In this document: positions 61,503-64,000 of the stretch, in pieces
Numbering within the stretch: position 1 is the stretch's first letter
Layout: each line of letters begins with the position of its first letter
Origin: Eledone cirrhosa
Taxonomy: Eukaryota
Direction: 5' to 3'
NCBI GenBank assembly: GCA_964016885.1
Contig: OZ024742.1
Location: 234,174,001-234,238,000 of the forward strand
DNA length: 64,000 bases
Made by a program: the position numbers and the translations under genes
The notes under the pieces: generated by a model
Seen by the model: the letters and a program-made list of their open reading frames with translations, nothing else
What the model was told of the DNA's origin: nothing
Database searches by the model: none

Positions 61503-61741
61503 GCATGAGACAGATGTGGACTCCTCAAGCCATAGTGAAAGCTACCCGTCTAGGAGAGCAGTGACTCTGATTAAAAACAACTGCATGGGGAAGATGTGGA
61601 CCCCATAGGCTGTAGTGAATGCAACCCATCTAGGAGGGCAGTGACTCCTATATAAAAACGACTGCACGGGGCAGACATGGGATCCATAAGCTGTAGTGAA
61701 GACCACCCATCTAGGAGAGTAGACACTCCAAATAAAAACTG
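61503..61741 (+). repeat. Three tandem monomers of about 80 bp upstream of an RTE
   Basis: The unit GCA...GA.RTGG...TAGTGAA...ACCCRTCTAGGAG...ACTC...TAAAAAC repeats three times. Confidence 0.85.
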
Positions 61742-64000
61742 ATACAGGGTGGAGAGGTCTCTTAAGTCTGGTAAGATAACCTCTAGTAATGTGGCACAAC
61801 CAATATTTCCACTAGTTGTGAACACAGGGCTAACACACGTCATGTTAGTGCTGCACACAGTAGTGGGGTGGCTAGGGTAGCCATGTGCAAGAACACCTCG
61901 ACCATCATCAAGCAATTACACAACCACTTTCCCTTTCAGGTACATAGAACCTCTAACTGAAGAAGTAAGAACAACAACCATCAACGTACAAATCTCAGGA
62001 CTGTCACCCTCAATGTTGGTACCCTGACTGATCAGGTGAAATTGTGGAACTATTAGAGAGAAGAGGAGTAGATGTATGCTGTGTACAAGAAGTGAGATGC
62101 AGGGGTGCTTCAGTGAGACTAATTACAGGCAGGTATAAACGCTATTGGATAGGAAATGACAATGGGGTGTAGGCATCCTACTGGCTGAGAAATGGATAGG
62201 TAAAGTGATAGAGGTAGTTAGAGTAAGTGACAGAATCATCAAGTTTAGAATAGCTGTAGGAAATAGACTGGTAACAATCACATCTACCTATGCTCCACAC
62301 ACAGGACTGGGTAAAAAACAAAAGGACAGGTTCTATGAGGAACTTTTACAGACAACTTTAGGTATTGTTAGTTATTAGTGTCATCAAAATAAATAAAAGA
62401 CAGAACAAGTCATGCAGGAAAATATGGAGACGGAGGGTGTAGAAGCTAAAGGACCTTTCGGTTAAATATAGGTTTAGAAAGGTCCCAGAGGATGCTCTTG
62501 AGAGGAATAAAGAGCTAGTTACATACAACGTTGAGAACAACTGGGAATTCTTATGTGACAACCTTTTGCGAACTACTGGAGTAAAGCATCAGCCACACAG
62601 AGGATGACCTGGTGGTGGAACAGCATAGTAGATACAACCATTAAAACCAAGAGACAGGCATGGTTAAGAATGGAAAAATGGGGGTCACAAAGATCGGTAC
62701 CAAATAGCTAAGGAAGAAGCTAGGCAACAAGTATACACAGCTGAGAGAGAGGTTGAAGAATGTAAATTTGCCAATGTATTGAGGCGTGAAGTGTTCTGTA
62801 TTGTAAGGCGGTGTGTTAGTGTGAATCAAAATGTTGGGGGAAAATGTGTTAGAAATGATGCTGGTGCATTTAACACCACTGATGCCCAAAAGAAAGGGGC
62901 CTGGAAATGTTATTATGAGAGATTAATGAATAGGAGGAAGTGAAATTACCCCCAATTTATCCAACAGAAGGACTAGCTACTGAAGTTGATAGTTTTATGG
63001 TCAAAGACACAATCAAGATGATAAATGGTAAAGCGGCTGGACTATCAAAAATAGTTGCTGAGATGCTGAAAGCATTGGGGGAGGTAGGAGTCGAACTAGT
63101 AACTCATATAGTAAATCAAGTAATACAAGATGGAGTCATACCCAATGACTGGTGCAGCAGTACAATAATAGATTGCTACAAGGGCAAGGGTGAATCTCTA
63201 GAAAGGAGCAATTACAGATGAAAAAAACTAATGGATCAAGTTATGAAAGTGACCAAAAGAGTTATAGCACAGCTAATCAGGGAAAGAGTCAAAATAGATC
63301 AGATGCAGTTTGGTTTCATGCCTGGAAAAAGTACTACTGATGTACTCTTCTTAGTGAAGCAACTACAAGAGAAGTTCCTAGCCTAAAATAAACCACTATA
63401 GAGAAGGCCTTTGACAGAGTACCCCAATCTATCTGGTGGTCCTTAAGGAAATTAGGTGTAGAAGAATCGCTTGTGAGAGCAATGCAAGCTATGTACAGAG
63501 GAGTTGTCAGTAAAATGAGAGTAGGAAATGAGTTTAGTGAGAAATTCAAGGTACAGGTAGGAGTTAATCAAGGTTCAATTCTTAGCCCACTGCTGTTCAT
63601 CATAGTTCTTCAGGCCATAACAGGGGAGTTTAAAATTGGCTGCCCATGGGAGTTTCTCTATGCAGATGATTTGATCCAATTATGGGAACTGAATTTAGAG
63701 TCAAAAGGCCTGAGAGTAAACTTTAGCCAAAGCTAAAGTGTTAATGAGTAGGAGAAAAGACAAGACCCAGATTTCTTCAGGGAATTGGCCATGCTCAATA
63801 TGCAGAAAAGGAGTAGGCATAAACTCCATACAATGTAAATCTTAAGTACACAAAAGATGTAGTGGGATGACGAGTAGACTAACAGAAAGGGAGAACTTTG
63901 CTTGTAGAAGATGCACAGGAGAAATCAAGAGGAAGATTGCTAATGATATAAACCTTTTCCAGACACAAAGTGACCTAATTAGTAGCGAAGGAGGGTACGC
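61503..64000 (+). mobile_element. Degraded RTE LINE (5' UTR, APE, RT, PHD), running off the window end
   Basis: TLNVGTL, DVCCVQEVR, STYAP, QFGF, GVNQGSILSP, LYADD and WPCSICRKG. Confidence 0.85.

Overview
AT-rich, repeat-dense eukaryotic (animal) DNA. The SINE and RTE repertoire and (CAT/GAT)n tails suggest an octopus or other coleoid cephalopod, but that is inference. The window holds one complete protein-coding gene, PFAS (FGAM synthase, purL/ade2 type), on the + strand. I traced 24 coding exons from 12057 to 58113 with GT-AG borders and consistent phases, giving a 4011-nt CDS (1336 aa plus stop). The 5' non-coding exon was not located. The rest is mostly transposon-derived: a near full-length CR1-type LINE, two near full-length and many partial RTE LINEs carrying a PHD finger, CRE-type endonuclease remnants, two tRNA-derived SINE families, Tc1/mariner, hAT, TTAA-type and Helitron elements, and a Chapaev3-type transposon with TIRs and TSD just after the PFAS stop. 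The most notable signals are a minimal hammerhead ribozyme inside an inverted repeat in PFAS intron 5 (sense strand), a G_GGA_AAC -1 frameshift site joining CR1 ORF1 to an AUG-less ORF2, and several PFAS codons where A-to-I editing would restore the residue I recall as conserved. I found no CRISPR, rRNA or true tRNA genes.
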